Notes: generated from the letters alone by a model not told the origin. Shown: positions 13,249-27,262, numbered from the stretch's first letter. The stretch: DNA of 64,000 nucleotides from Octopus vulgaris (GCA_951406725.2 OX597823.1:42842001-42906000), one strand, 5' to 3'. Numbers and translations: made by a program.

Positions 13249-14098
13249 GATGATGATGATGATGATGATGATGATGCTATAAGCAAGATGATACCATACT
13301 ACATCTCTATTCCAGCATAACTGATTTGATGGTTGTTAAAGTACAGTCGAAGTAAACAAAAAAAAAGAAAAACAAAAATCATTGGGAAAATAAAATATAG
13401 CCAAAATAATTAATTAATTACTTAGGTAATTAATCGATTAATTAGTCAAAGCATAAATTGCCTTTATCACCATAAAACGGAAAATATCATAATTTTGATA
13501 TCCCAATATTTTCCTTGTAAAAAAAAAGAGAAAACACCACAATTTTGTTTTTCTTTTACAAAAGAGAGATTTTATAAAATTTAATTGAACTTATTAACCT
13601 ATGTTGATAACCTGGCCTATCAGGGTTTGGACAGACAGGATTGAGTTATACCCCACAGTTAGTAATTATGATAAAGAATAGCGGAAAGCGGATGGAAGAA
13701 GTCTGTTAGTATGCTTTCAAATCATTAACATCCTTTCGGTGTTGGGTAATTAATCATGGAAGCGGGGAGCGGTGAGAGTTGTATGTTTAATAAATCATAA
13801 TATGCTCGGTGAACGCCAAGAATACAATGACTTTGTATTTCCATTGATTCTTAATACTTTCCCGTAGATTCGAACAAAAATATGTTAATCGCTGTTGTGT
13901 TGTGTCACATGAGAACAAACCGATTCACTAGTACGAGAAATTCTGAGATTGCCGGGTTTTCGACGTCGTTATATCACTTATCAACAAAAAGTTTCCTCTG
14001 AGAAATAAATCTAACAAGAGCCGATTGTCTTTTTTATGACTTTAGAAACAAAACACTTTGCTGATCTGAGCTGATATCTGCCATCCGAAAATAAATAG

Positions 14099-14261
14099 TC
14101 ATTTGGAGAGTGAACAGTGTGAATCAAACTGACGATATACATGGTCGATTTGAGCCTGGTTACAGATTACTTCAGGAACTGTATATAAACTTGATTCAAA
14201 TGAACACCAGTAATGGAAAGGTCGCTGTATATTCTCTGCTCTTATTTTTATATCACGATTT
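14099..14261 (-). CDS. Candidate terminal exon of a lipocalin-like secreted protein: NRDIKIRAENIQRPFHYWCSFESSLYTVPEVICNQAQIDHVYRQFDSHCSLSK*
   Basis: Acceptor tgtggctgttgttcag, phase 2, 53 codons to TGA, non-repetitive composition. C-x13-C spacing matches RBP4 C160/C174. Confidence 0.6.
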
Positions 14262-15009
14262 CTGAACAACAGCCACAAATACAGATATACAAAATACACA
14301 CAACACGAATTCTTGATTTACTGAAAATATTTCTGCTTCTAGAGAATGTGACATAAATAGCAATTGGTAATCAAAACTAGCTTCGTATGAGAAGCGGAAA
14401 TCTCAAGAAACAAGAATTCTCCAAAGTTGACATAACATTAATGAAAAGTACAGTGTTATTGTAATAAACAAAAGAAGAAAGTCGTATCTCAAATGACGTC
14501 ATCAGTAACGAGAGTTTTCCAACCTAATCTCCAGTACATAAGAGACTTAAACTTATACAAAAGGAGTAAAATACATTTATGGCGTAGGTAACTTATATAA
14601 TTTAAAGAAAATCAATCTAGTCTGGCGGGTTATGTATTTTCTAAACCTACTACTAAATTAGGATATTTCTGAAGGTGAGATGGCACAAGACAGTGGACTT
14701 CGTTAAAGGAGCGCCGGTTTATCCTCAATGTTTATATCCAATGGCATCAAATATAGTCGAAAGATGTAAGCACACGTGAGCACACACACGTACGAAATAC
14801 CGTATTGGTTGTAGGTCTTGATAGTATTCATGAAAAACCGGATATGCTGCGTTCAGTACGACCAATATGGGGTAATTATATAATACAAAGTGCACACCTT
14901 TTGTTAAAGGAAAATATGAAGTATGAATTTAATATTCTTTTATTTTATCTATTACACATGTTTCTGTAAGCAACAATCGATGATGGCAAATTATAAAAGC
15001 GCATTTGAT

Positions 15010-15400
15010 CATACGTTATCCGTGATGGGACAGGGTTGGAATATCGATATCGATGTAAGAACCTACTTCGAAGAGGTTTGAGTGAAGAGGTGAGTTAGAC
15101 GATGAGGTCCAAATGAATACCCGCTGCGTCCATCTGGTCTCACACCACCAGAAGATTTACGGGGATATTTAGAACACAAATTTATGCCACAAAACTGGCT
15201 ACAGTCGACGAATTGAAGGCAGGCATTGAACGAGAATGCACACTTATGTGCGCTTCTTAATGTTTCTATTCCATTGGTTCATCTTATCAGTAGTGACTGA
15301 GCCATATTGGTCACCATTTTGAAATCAACGGTTCATGAAAAATTAAATTCAGTGTGTAGATTTTTATCAAATTTGAAAAAGGAATTTTTTTAATAAACAT
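15010..15400 (+). mobile_element. Decayed Tc1/mariner-superfamily transposase C-terminus (rosa/maT-like)
   Basis: Frameshifted remnants R*GPNEYP.RPS.LTPP...LRGYL...YATKLATVDELKAGIERECT resemble the WPPRSPDLTPLDFFLWGYLK motif. Confidence 0.6.
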
Positions 15401-15497
15401 TGACTTTATAATGAATCAATGTACATATGCATGCTTTGGGACATCAAGTATTATATATACATACACATATATATGTGTGTGTGTGTGTGAATATATA

Positions 15498-15578
<81 letters not shown>

Positions 15579-15721
15579 GCATGTATGTGAATGTACATAT
15601 GTGTGTATACGTGCATACATAGATATATACATATAATAATATATATACAAACATATGCATATATATATATGAATACATAACGTATATTTATATTTACACA
15701 ATACACGCACACACACTCGTG

Positions 15722-15769
<48 letters not shown>

Positions 15770-15770
15770 A

Positions 15771-15801
<31 letters not shown>

Positions 15802-17134
15802 CTTACATACATTTTTTTAGTTATGTACTTCCCAAAACACACAACTTTGATGAACCGATGAGAGTATATATTGCCTAACAGTTCAATCTGATTGGATAAT
15901 TCCCACGTACAGGAAACAAAAAAAAAATCAAAATCCTTATAAAATAAGAGTAAAAGAAATATTATAAATACAACCAAAAATAGCAACAAACAAACAGGAT
16001 TATCTACCACCAAAGATAGCGACGTGAGAAAATATGTTGGCAGATATAGGAATCAGTAAAATCCGTATGCAAATGTTTACCAAATATGCCAAATCTACAT
16101 CTATTTCTATCACAGCAAAATCCAATGAATGTTATATTCGGTTATTGGAAATGCTTCATCGATTGTTGCTTGAACCTAATCGATGTCACGCATGCGCATG
16201 CGTGTCTATATTTGTTGCTGAATATACGTGATTTAATATACGTATACGTTTGTCTTCTTCATTTGCATACATGTATATAAGAGGGAGATAGGTTTGTGTT
16301 TATCTTCAAATATTTGTGCTTAAATATCTCTCTATGTTATTATATATTGCATGTTTGTCTATCGTTTCTGAGCGTGGATTTTTCGTAATTTTTCTAAAAT
16401 GTACGTGCGGTGGATATGGTTGTTTGAATGTAATCAGATATTTGTGGGTTGCATGTTTGAATGTACACGTGTCTAAATATCTGAATACGCTTTACATATT
16501 TTCACACAGCTGCATTTGTATGTATGCGTGGATATTATATGTGAGTGTGTGTGTCTGTCTGTGTGCATATATATATATTATATTCATGTGAGTGTGTGTG
16601 TTTGTGTATCATTATTGCGTGTTTGTCTGAGCTGGACTTTAAAAGCATATGTGTTCGTTGTTATTTTCACATGATCAGGTGTTTATATAACAGTCTGTTT
16701 AAATACACATATGAGGTTCGTGAGTTGTTGAATATGAGAAGTAATCTGTTTGTGAGATCATATATACGTGCATATCTGTTTGCAGCAAGTATATAGTTCA
16801 TTATTTTTATACGCATTCGAACAGAACAGGTTTTATATACGTGCGCAGAGGAGTTCAGATTTGTTTAGTTGTGATTTAATTCCTATATTTGTGGGTTTTT
16901 TTAATTTTCGTGTGACTACGATTGAAGACGGTATATTGGAAAAGAAGAATTTCATAATCCAAACGTAGGAAGAGAAATATATGGCCACCATTTTCTGAAG
17001 CATGATTTTTCGCATCACTCTTTCGACGCTGTTTTGTATTAAGTTTGAATTCGAATAATATATTTCTCTTGCTATAAGAATTAACATCGCAATATCCCTT
17101 CTCCTACTATCTGCTAAGTTACTGCTTTAGGCTT

Positions 17135-17460
17135 ATCCAATTCATCCATTCCGTTTCTCCTATTCCAGGGATTGCCCTAGGGTTAGTGTCCTCAGGTACT
17201 TCCTCCATAGGGACCTAACAGAAACAATTGTCATCTTTCTTTCTGGCTGGATTACCAAGAATGACCGTCTAAGACCATGAATATCATCCAACCAACTTAT
17301 TATTTTCTATTCTTAGGTCTCCTGCCAGTTGGCTCACCTTGAACAATCCATCCTGCGATCCTTTCTTACGATATTCTAATCACATCTCCGGAGTACCGGA
17401 ACTGTGACTTTCAATGCAATGAAATAACGGCTTAATGTAGAGTTCCTCCTTGATCTCTGT
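17135..17460 (-). mobile_element. RTE-like LINE 3' ORF remnant
   Basis: Minus strand reads EIKEELYIKPL...SQFRYSGDVIRI..ERIA.....EPTGRRPK.R...WLDDI, resembling LRWFGHV.R...GKRPRGRP..RW.D. Confidence 0.6.
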
Positions 17461-17680
17461 TCAGTAATAAAAGCATAATTAAGTTACAGATTAATCAGTG
17501 GCACCTGGAGCTGGACTGTTTTACTGAATGGTGTATACCACTACATAGAAGAACCATTTCTACTGCTGCTTCGGCCCAATGCCGATCTATGGATGTAAAG
17601 GAAATATGAGATCAGAACTAATGTGGCCTGTCACACATAATTAAATCTGTGCTGATGTATTTAATGTAGTGGGCCCAACC

Positions 17681-17822
17681 CAATGGCGTACCGTGGATTT
17701 TGGCCGCACTGTGCGGTATCCAAATTGGTAGGTTCCTTTCTTAGACGTATCATTGCTTCAATTAGCGCACACGCACGTGTATAAAGGGCCGCTCACCCCG
17801 AACACCCAATACTATGCCACTT
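17681..17822. mobile_element. hAT-type MITE, decayed (142 bp)
   Basis: Ends caatggcgta / tatgccactt (CAGTGGCGTA-type TIR); flanks gcccaacc / ctccaacc form a decayed 8-bp TSD (6/8 match). Confidence 0.55.
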
Positions 17823-18094
17823 CTCCAACCACCACAAATACAATAACTTATTAAAATCACATTCGCAACGAAAAGAAAAATCACTACCTTAATGATTAAT
17901 TTGGGTCAAGAAAGGAGAGGAATTGATTTGAATGGTGTTATATAGTGGGAAGCAGGCACGAACTTTAAAAGTAGTAGGACAATTTCGGACACGTTTCGGT
18001 GTTATTAGATTTCTTCGGTGAATCAGAGTTGCTAATATTTACCAAATCCTAGCCAGGCACAGACAAAGATTGTGCGCTATTAAACATTGACATA

Positions 18095-19370
18095 CGAGGG
18101 ACGTTCAATAAGTAATGCCTCTGAACCACTTGCAGTTGTTTGATCTAGCTGAAATTTTCCATGTGCAATTATGTATATCTCAATAGAGTAAGTGGCAAAT
18201 TACAGCTCTGAATTAATTGTGGTTTCTGATTTACGGGTGTTTGAACCGAGTCAAGTGTGAAATGGAGCCTATTAAGTGTCGAGCAGTGATCCGGTTTTTG
18301 TATTTGAAAGGACGCACACCACGGGAGACTTTTGATGAAATAAAAGTAACTTATGATGATGATGCCCCATCATATGACCTTGTAAAACGCTGGCATCGTG
18401 AATTCAAACATGGTCGGGACTCTGTGGAAACAGCTCCCAGATCTGGTCGCCCCTTCTGCCATTGATGAGGCATCTGTCCGTCAAGTTGAGGCTGTCATTT
18501 TGGAAGATCGACGCATAATTAATCGCCAAATAGCCCATGAGGTCAAGATTAGTACCGGGTCTGTGGAAACTATCATTCATGACCATTTGCATATGCAAAA
18601 GGTGTCTGCCAGATGGATTCCCAGGTTGCTCACGCCTTTCCGGAAGCAAGAACGCGTCGAGTGCTCGAGGGTGAATTTGGAGATGTGCCAAGAAGATGAG
18701 TCAAAATTTTTCAAAAGACTGATTACACAGGATGAAACCTGGGTCCATTACGATGATCCAGAGACCAAAGCCCAGTCAATGCAGTGGAAGCACCGTGACT
18801 CACCCCCTCCAAAGAAGGCAAGGGTGCAGCTCTCCGCTGGCAAGGTCATGCTCACAGTAGTGAGTAGTGATGACAGATTTCCTGGCAAAGGGTAACATAA
18901 TTGCAGGAGCCTATTATGCTTCACTTTTGAGGAAATTAAGAGAAGTTATCAAAATCAAGAGGCGGGGCAAGATCAGCAAAGGCATCCTCCTCCTGCAGGA
19001 CAACGCTCCGGTCCACAACTCGCTTGTCGCCAGATCAGAAGCACAGGCGTATGGCTATGAACTCCTCCCCCATCCTCCTACTTTCCTGACCTTGCACCCT
19101 CGGATTTTCACCTCTTCCCAGCCATGAAGTTGTTTTTGAAAGGAAAGCGTTTCCCAGATGATGCAGCCTTGATTTCTGAAGTCACGTTCAGGTTGGAGGA
19201 CCAAGCTGGGGTCTTCTACAAAAACGGTCTCCAGAGCTGCATCAAACAATGGGAGAAATGCGTAACTCTGGGTGGTTGCTATGTAGAAAAAGACTAATAA
19301 CTGTGCCAAGTTTCGTTGCTCTACTGCTATGGGAAGTGGGTCAGGGGCATTACTTATTGAACGCCCCTCG
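18095..19370 (+). mobile_element. Near-complete mariner transposon (DD34D, irritans-like), 1276 bp
   Basis: 37-bp TIRs cgaggg(a/g)cgttcaataagtaatgcc(t/c)ctga(a/c)ccactt with 3 mismatches; TA duplications at 18093-18094 and 19371-19372. Confidence 0.97.
18262..19297 (+). pseudogene. Mariner transposase pseudogene
   Basis: MEPIKCRAVIRFL...RSGRP / WIPRLL...ITQDETWV / QDNAPVH / PDLAPSDFHLF...YVEKD*. The second and third catalytic Asp are 34 aa apart. Frameshifts near 18452, 18860 (loss of the FWD segment) and 19078. Confidence 0.95.
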
Positions 19371-20535
19371 TACATGCAAGTAAAAATTATAACTGGAATT
19401 AAAATACACGAATGCGTCCTCTGCGTAGAAAACTAATAGTTAAGTTGGTGTTAACATAATTTAGAGAAACAAACAATCTTGGCTTAACATTAAATTTGGA
19501 TTGAGCAGAAGAAAATTGTCATTATCGATATAATGAATTCTAGTAAAAAAATGTCATTGGGAATAAATCTTGGGATAAACATGTTAATTCAGTAAGGTTA
19601 GACTGGTAAAGATGGTTGACAGAAATATGACGAAAGTGCCATTGGAGATAAATCTTGAATTTAAGCAAAGCAAGAGTGAATAGCGGTGATGGCTTAACTG
19701 ATCTTTGATAATTAAAATGACAACACCGAATATATTCTGGCCTTCTTAACATTATTTAATTATTTCATGCATAAACAGTCATATTGGTACAGCGTGCAAC
19801 ATGTTCGGATTGTTGGTACTAAACTCGTACTCAATATGTACTAAACTCGTAAATGAATAAAGTAAGACTGATAAAGATGGTTGACAGAAATATGACCAGA
19901 TATGTCAGAAATATTACTAGATATGACAGAAATATAACTAGATATGTCAAAAGAGGCATGGACCAAGGATAGGATGAACAAGCATCCTATAATAGGAAGC
20001 GGAGTCTGGCAAATACCCGAAATCAAAGTTCGAGTGATAAGTACTGTCAGGTGATAATGGAGAGATGAAGATCTATTAATTCAAGTCATTGCCTCCCTTT
20101 TTCACAGTTGATACATTTTGTTGGGAAGGATTAACAGCTGAAATAGACTGATATTAAACTGATGCGTTTCATAATTTCTGGTCGATTCATCTTTTTATAG
20201 CATGTGACACTCTTTACCTTACCCAAAAAGTAGGATTGTTCACCCGAAACTAACTCAGGCGCTGTACTTTTGTATGTGTTATTCTCATCTGATTTCGACT
20301 TACTGCGCATTAATCTTTAAATCCCTCATTGGTGGGGAATTTTGTGATGTGAACATGCCCCACGGGTAAAACCTCATGCATAAGTAGCTGATAACGGGCC
20401 TCATGAGGCTCTTCTTGAGATAATGAGTCGTTTAAAATATTTTAACATAGATTACAAAAGCTCACACTCTAAATCAAATCGATAACTATCACACATGCGC
20501 ACATACGCACACATGTGCACCTACACACAGAGAGG

Positions 20536-20591
<56 letters not shown>

Positions 20592-21542
20592 CATGTGTGT
20601 GTGTGTGTGTATCATCCACTGCGTATGCTGGAGATGTTGCAACATTTGTCCGTCTACTATCTTACATATACATGCATGCATACTCAAATACATATTCATT
20701 CATATATTAATCTAGAATGAAATGTGGGTAGAATTGGCAACTGAATTATAAACATATTATAAAAGTGATTGATTTAGAAAATTTCTCCATAAAATAAATT
20801 ACTCTAAATAATATAATAACTGTTCAATTCCAGTGTTATTATCACTTAAGCGTTTAAATTGTTCTTCTCATACCAAGCGTTGTCTCACAGAACTACTTTG
20901 GTAATTCCCTACAGATGTTTGTTTCTGAAAGCAAACTAATTTTTGAGGCTAAAATTGAATTGAGGCATCTTCAGGGGATAAGCGAGAGAAGAATAAGATA
21001 TAAAATTAGTACCGTATCTTTAGAGGCCATGCTGTGTCAGTCGCCCCTGTAAGGTCAGAATAATACGCAAATGCATCTATGTTATGTGTGTATTAATCAA
21101 TGTGTATGTGTTTCTTTTACTCGTATTTCGTTGCGACTTGTAATTCATATATCTTGTTATCTATAAATGTTTGCCGACTTTATATTTTCGTACTATTTTT
21201 ACTTTAGTAACGTGGAGAATAAAACAAAACGTGTTATTTAATGTATAGTATTATGTAGAAGAGAGTAAAAAATGTTCTTTTTGTAAACCATTATATGGGG
21301 TGGTGCTACTGATACATAAAAACACTATAATTTTCCTAAAACAAGGTTATTTGACTAATTGAGAGGCATTCACTACAACCATTGGCTTAGAAACGCTTTA
21401 ACAATCTTCTATAGTTTTGTTAAGGTTATTTCTACAGAAGTTATAGCCAGCACTGATTTTTTGCTACAACGGTTCATACCGAAATGATAGATGTAAACAA
21501 AAAATGAAATCGAAGACAAAAATGGGTAATGAGTATATATAC

Positions 21543-21577
21543 AATATTTCGGAGGTTTTGCCCCTTCATCAGCATCC
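21543..21577 (-). ncRNA. Degenerate minimal hammerhead motif
   Basis: Minus strand: CTGATGA-aGGGG-caaaa-CCTCc-GAAA-tattGTA; stems I and III decayed. Confidence 0.45.
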
Positions 21578-21694
21578 ACCCAAACCCACTCCCGCCTCCA
21601 AACACATTGCTTATATATCCACCACATACATCGGTATTAAGTTATTGGATATACCAAATTACATAGACGTATTTCTAGGGCTGGTATGTAAACA

Positions 21695-21895
21695 TTAATG
21701 TCTTGTAGGTACGTGGTATTTCGTTTTGTAACCATAATATACTATAAATTATATGAAATGCTTTTATAAGTCAACACCACGTAATAAACACTGCTATCGC
21801 AGTAGGATGTGGTGTTGACTTATAAAAACATTTAATATATTTATAGTATATATCATGGTTGCATAACAAAATACCACGTACCTACAAGTCATTAA
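21695..21895. repeat. Fold-back inverted repeat (86/87-bp arms, 28-bp spacer)
   Basis: ttaatgtcttgtaggtacgtggtat...tataagtcaacaccac versus gtggtgttgacttata...ataccacgtacctacaagtcattaa. Confidence 0.9.
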
Positions 21896-22859
21896 CTCTT
21901 CTATTCATATTTCATCTTCTGTCAATACAATACAATGACCGAAGTCTTTCTCTCTGCTTCACTGGGTACTGGTACAAAGATCTCCCCTTCTGTGATCTAG
22001 TTACCGGTCCTCTTCAGCCCAGACAAGTCGACACACATCTCTATCTTCCCATGATTGAATTTCTTGCATTTCTTTTGTCTTTTACATTTCTTATATCTTT
22101 TAAATTTCTTTCATTTCTTACATTTCTTTCGTATGCTTAAACATATTTGGTTATTACTCCCGAGAGCCACAGGCCCCGGAATTACCATTCCTGTAGAGAT
22201 GTAAACCTATAGGTGGCTACATGAAGTTAAGCAACGTGTTGTGGTGTGAAAAAATATTTGGAATTTGAAGTAGTATAAAGTTAAGTTACCAGAATCAGAG
22301 AGAAAACGTCTGTCAAAATAGCACATGGCTTTAGATTTAAGAGCAATTTGAAGAGCAAGAAGCTACAAAATTCTTATTCAGTTAACGGCAGAGAATAAGA
22401 AAATATGGCAAAGAGATTGGTGTATATAGGAAAAACTAACGGTCCCAGTTATGAACGTAGCATACGAATTACATGATAAACTGAGTTACAGAAAGGGACG
22501 GTGAATTGTAAACGTTAAACGACTTCGGTTAAGTCCTTCACCTCTTAAACAGGTGTTGAAGTCAATAATGTACAGGGTGCAAAAGATAGTGAACCTCTTC
22601 TCCCAAGTCTCCCACTGTACCACCTCTCAGTACACAATAGGCAGCAATTTTGTGGTGAGGAAATATACTACAATGATATTATTGTATTTCTTAATGTATT
22701 TCTTTTAAAATGCTTTTTATGTATACATACTGTACTACATATCGCAAAAATCTATATCCATTTACAGAAAGTTTATAATGTTTTCATGTTATTTCCTTTC
22801 GTGTTTTGGAAACCATTGTGTCTGAACTCATTCTATTTTATAACATGGGAGACTACAAG

Positions 22860-23140
22860 AAAGTAGGTTTCTCGTTTCTGAATTCTGCAATATGACAAAA
22901 CTTTCAAGAACGCTATGTGACCGAAGCGCAACAGGCGTTTATATTCTAGGGCGGTTTTCACATCATCTTTATAGAAACTCATGTGAAACCCACCTGAAAT
23001 ATTTTCCCGCACTAATGAGGAAGGGAAATCTTTTTGATGCAGTCTCACCTGCGTTGATGATGTGTTGATGTGTTGTCTATTCACCAAAAGAGATCCTTAG
23101 TAATGGTGCTCCCTAACATTTGGAGCGAACTTGACAATTC
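22860..23140 (-). mobile_element. Highly decayed LINE reverse-transcriptase C-terminal remnant
   Basis: LGSTITKDL and KRLLRFGHI resemble the YLGS.I and LRW.GHV motifs. Confidence 0.45.
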
Positions 23141-23239
23141 TGTTCATTTACCTCTCTTGTTTAAAGTTTGAGGATATACAATAATGCCTCCTTGATATAC
23201 ACAATAACTGTGTTTTAAAGATTTCCGAAACAAGTTTTG

Positions 23240-24592
23240 TTAGAACTGCTCAAGACTTGCATGCATAGCGGGCTTGCTACCTGCAGCCTACGGTACCATG
23301 CTAACTTTTCTTTTCAACTAATACTTTCCTGAGCGTTCAGGCCTTTTGCCTCCTTGCGGTCTCTACTGGGCACTCTATTCCGATTTCCTTTATATTCCCT
23401 TAATGCTTTCTGAGACTGCCCCTGAAACCCAGGTCGTTGCAGTAACTGGTCCTAAAGCGCGACGGCATTGCTGGGATCTTTGGCACTGTACAGTGTCGAC
23501 ACGTTCCAGCGTTTGTGTAGCTTTCACTGTCAAAATTTGGCACAATCCCTTCCAGGATCTTCTAGATGGGTATTATTGCATATCTCTCCCGCTTTTGCTC
23601 CAGGGAGTAGAGTCTTAGCTGCTTCAGCCTTTCACAGTAGCTAAGGTTTCATTGTAGCTAAGCTGCAATGAGACGATCTTCTTTGTGAATCATCGCTGAA
23701 TTGCTTCAGGGTCCGCTGTTAATTTTACACTGTGAAGCGACCATAGCTGGGAGCAGAAGTCCAGGCGGCTGAGGACCATCATGATTTCCTTTTCTCTGGT
23801 TCTGAAGGTTCTCATGATCCATCAGACACGAAATATTTTAGCTTCATGCAATGTCTGGTGTGTAGAGACATTTCGACCAGTCCTGTCTGCAAGTCACTTT
23901 TTGGATCGATTTCCAGTCTGCTTTGTGGAGGTTCAGATTTGAGAGATTTTGGATCCTTCCTTTAGACTATATGTCTCTGGCTACTTTTGGTCCATACATA
24001 GACAGCTCTATTATGCTGTGATCCGAAACTGATATCGGCATCACTTTCACATTATGAACGATGTCCATATTGTTTCTGAAGCAGTGATCCAATATATTAT
24101 TAACCCTAGTTAGACTCAGCACAACTTTCTCCATGAATAGGGCATTGGTGAGGTTGAGCAGAGACTCCACTTGTACTTGTTTGCAATGAGAGTCCTTTGT
24201 GAGAGCATGAGGCCATCGGGCCATTTGCCATTGGGGAAGTTGAAATCACCCATAAGAAACACGCGCACATGATGTTCCAGTTTCATGAGGATTTCTTTTA
24301 TTCTTGTGAGGCAATCTTCAAACTTGTCTATGTGGTTTGGTACATCCGGTGGGCAATATGCATTGCATATGACTATATTGTGTTGTCTTATGTATACAAC
24401 TCGAGTGTCACAATTTTAGTATGACAGTAGGATCCTGGGTGTGAGGTCCTCACGGAAATATACAGCAACTCCACAAGGTTCCTTTCCGTTCTGTCTGTTC
24501 GCAGTATGATATATTTTGGTACTTCTGCATCCTCTAAATCAGGGCTCAGATGGGTTTCCGCGAGTGTTATGCATAGGGCTTGATTGCTTTAT
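23240..24592 (-). mobile_element. CR1-clade LINE ORF2 relic: APE endonuclease joined to the post-RT region, RT core deleted
   Basis: APE motifs LAETHL, ILRTDR, GVAVY, Y.PP, MGDFNFP, TR.NNILD, SDH (24590-23990); then WIMRTF...RLDFCSQLWS...RLKQLRLYSLEQKRERY (23823-23560). Confidence 0.88.
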
Positions 24593-24593
24593 T

Positions 24594-24640
<47 letters not shown>

Positions 24641-25680
24641 ATCTTTGTATTCAACTTTGGTTGGTTGCTTACTTGATTATTTTAGTCACGTTTTTGATAG
24701 CACATATAGAGTGAGAAGTATAAGTGGATAAAAGAGTAAAAGATAGATGCAGAAAAAGTTGATTGGGAGAAATTAAAAAAGAACGACGGCTACATAACGA
24801 TGTTTGTTTCAGAAACTTGTGTGCTGAGTTTAAACTATACTGTAGATTACTTTGGCAAACTGAACTTAGTTTTTCCCAGTTTAGCATCGCCATTTGACAA
24901 TTTGGGTGATTTTAGCGGCACCCCATCTTAGGTTTACCAGCTGAAAGTCGCTATCGATTTTCTGATGCCAGTTTATATTGGAACCCTCATGCGCTATTGC
25001 CCCTGAGGTTTTCACTTAAGGACTTAATTATCGTTTCTGTTTGTCGGGAGTCTTACGTGGCCCAAACTAACTCGGTTGACACTTGCAGGTGGTGAGAGTG
25101 ATGGAGCTGGTTTTAACCCTCCTCATTGCTGATAAAGTCGCTTCATTTGATATCTAGTATTATTAGGAAGCATCTACTTTCAAAAGTGTCTATGTTCTTT
25201 CTTTGGCAGGTTTTCAGGTGCCATGTTTCACAAACAAATACAAAGGTAGTAGACTTAATTTGTCCCTCGATTTAACACAAACAACTTCACACCTTGCTCT
25301 GTGGCAAGCTTTCCTGTCACCTCTCTCACAAGTCTCGTAGGCTCTCTCAAGGGTCATGAACTCTGTCTTCACAAAAGTACACTACCACCACCAAAAACGT
25401 AACGTAATAGCACATATTTTTGAATGTATACATTAAGAGTTCAAATTCGAACAGTGACAACCCTACAGTTTTTACTCCCTTGGGATCCTATAAAAGAGTT
25501 AGCTTTAATATAAATGCAAACAACAGCAGTTACACTATATCACACACAAAAATCTGGCATTTTGCCTCGTCAAAAGAAACAAACATGACGTTAAATTTTC
25601 ATTTGTCAGATATATGTATGTACATGTGTATATGTATGTATACATACATATTTGCGCGCGCGCGCGTGTGTGCGTGTGTG

Positions 25681-25712
<32 letters not shown>

Positions 25713-26284
25713 AGTGGGGGGTTTTTTCTACTTTGTTTCTTTTTGGTTTTCGTTATATTTAGCAGTGATATTAGTTGATTCAATCTGCAAACATATAACA
25801 CCAACGGGAATATTTCTAGGAATAAACCTCGCTGAAGCCGTCTAATGCATCAGTGCTTCTGAAAAATTAACAACTATTGGTCAGAATATATGAATAGATT
25901 AAATATGCAGGTTTCGACGAAACACTTTTAGCAACTGCGGGGAAGAATATGATATACACATTCACTTTTCTATATTACTGTGTGAATGAACACACAGGCG
26001 CGCGTGCGAGGGCTCACACACACTCACGTATGAACACACACACACACATATCTATATATATATATACTTTTACATGTGTGTGTATATATGTGTATAAATA
26101 TATGGATGTGTGAGTATCTGTGTGTGTTGCGCACGAGTGTCTGTTCATGGGCACACACCCAAAACGTGGACATGTATCTACATATAATATGCACCCACAC
26201 ATCCACAACACAGCTCCACATACACGCATAAAGATATAAGTGTATACACATACACACGCATGCATATATATGTATATATGTGTG

Positions 26285-26345
<61 letters not shown>

Positions 26346-26364
26346 TTGTGAGTGTGTGTGCGTC

Positions 26365-26417
<53 letters not shown>

Positions 26418-26615
26418 ACGTATGTGCTTGTTTATATATCTTTTTCTTTATCCATCTATCTATCTATCGAACTATCCATACACATGCGCACACACCCACA
26501 CAAATATATATTCGGTGTTAGCCAGTATACGGGTGCGTGTCTGTGTGTGTGTATATATGTATACATACATACATATAATATATACATAAACACATATAAT
26601 ATATAAATATACATG

Positions 26616-26648
<33 letters not shown>

Positions 26649-27047
26649 ACCCACACAGAGGGACTCACACAGTGGATAACACCGATTATTAAACACTCTT
26701 TTATACCCAGACACACATACATACATTCTAAGCTAGTAATATAGTCAAAGGCTCACGTAGCTCTCTTTGGGTTTAGTTTACTCTTAATGTAGCTACTGTT
26801 AGAACTGTTGGTGTTAGAAGAAAAGAAAATCGTTAGAAGTAAATCATATTTGTATGACCAGTGATATGATTGACTTTCATTTACCAGTAAATACACATGT
26901 GCACGCAATCACACACACACACGTACAGGTATACATAGCTAGCTATTCGTATACATCTTCATATATGTGTACTTCCTATATATACTCGTAGCAGCATACG
27001 GATAAGTATACAGGTATAACGTAAATGCTTATATATGAATGCATATA

Positions 27048-27099
<52 letters not shown>

Positions 27100-27102
<3 letters not shown>

Positions 27103-27262
27103 TCTGGGGAGAATCATTCTCTCTTAGTGCCTTATTATTTAACACACTCACTGGTAAAGTTTCCACTCATTTATTTTTCCTAAAGTTTTCGTTGCGTCTT
27201 GCAACTTTTCAATTGTCGTTAACTCTCTCCATTATCCGAGCTGCGTTTCTTCAGCTTGTTTG
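27100..27262 (-). mobile_element. Short interspersed repeat family D with an HHR-like core
   Basis: Homologous to 40640-40880; minus strand TTGAAAA-GTTGC-aagac-GCAAC-GAAA; flanked by (TA)n and (TATG)n. Confidence 0.6.
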
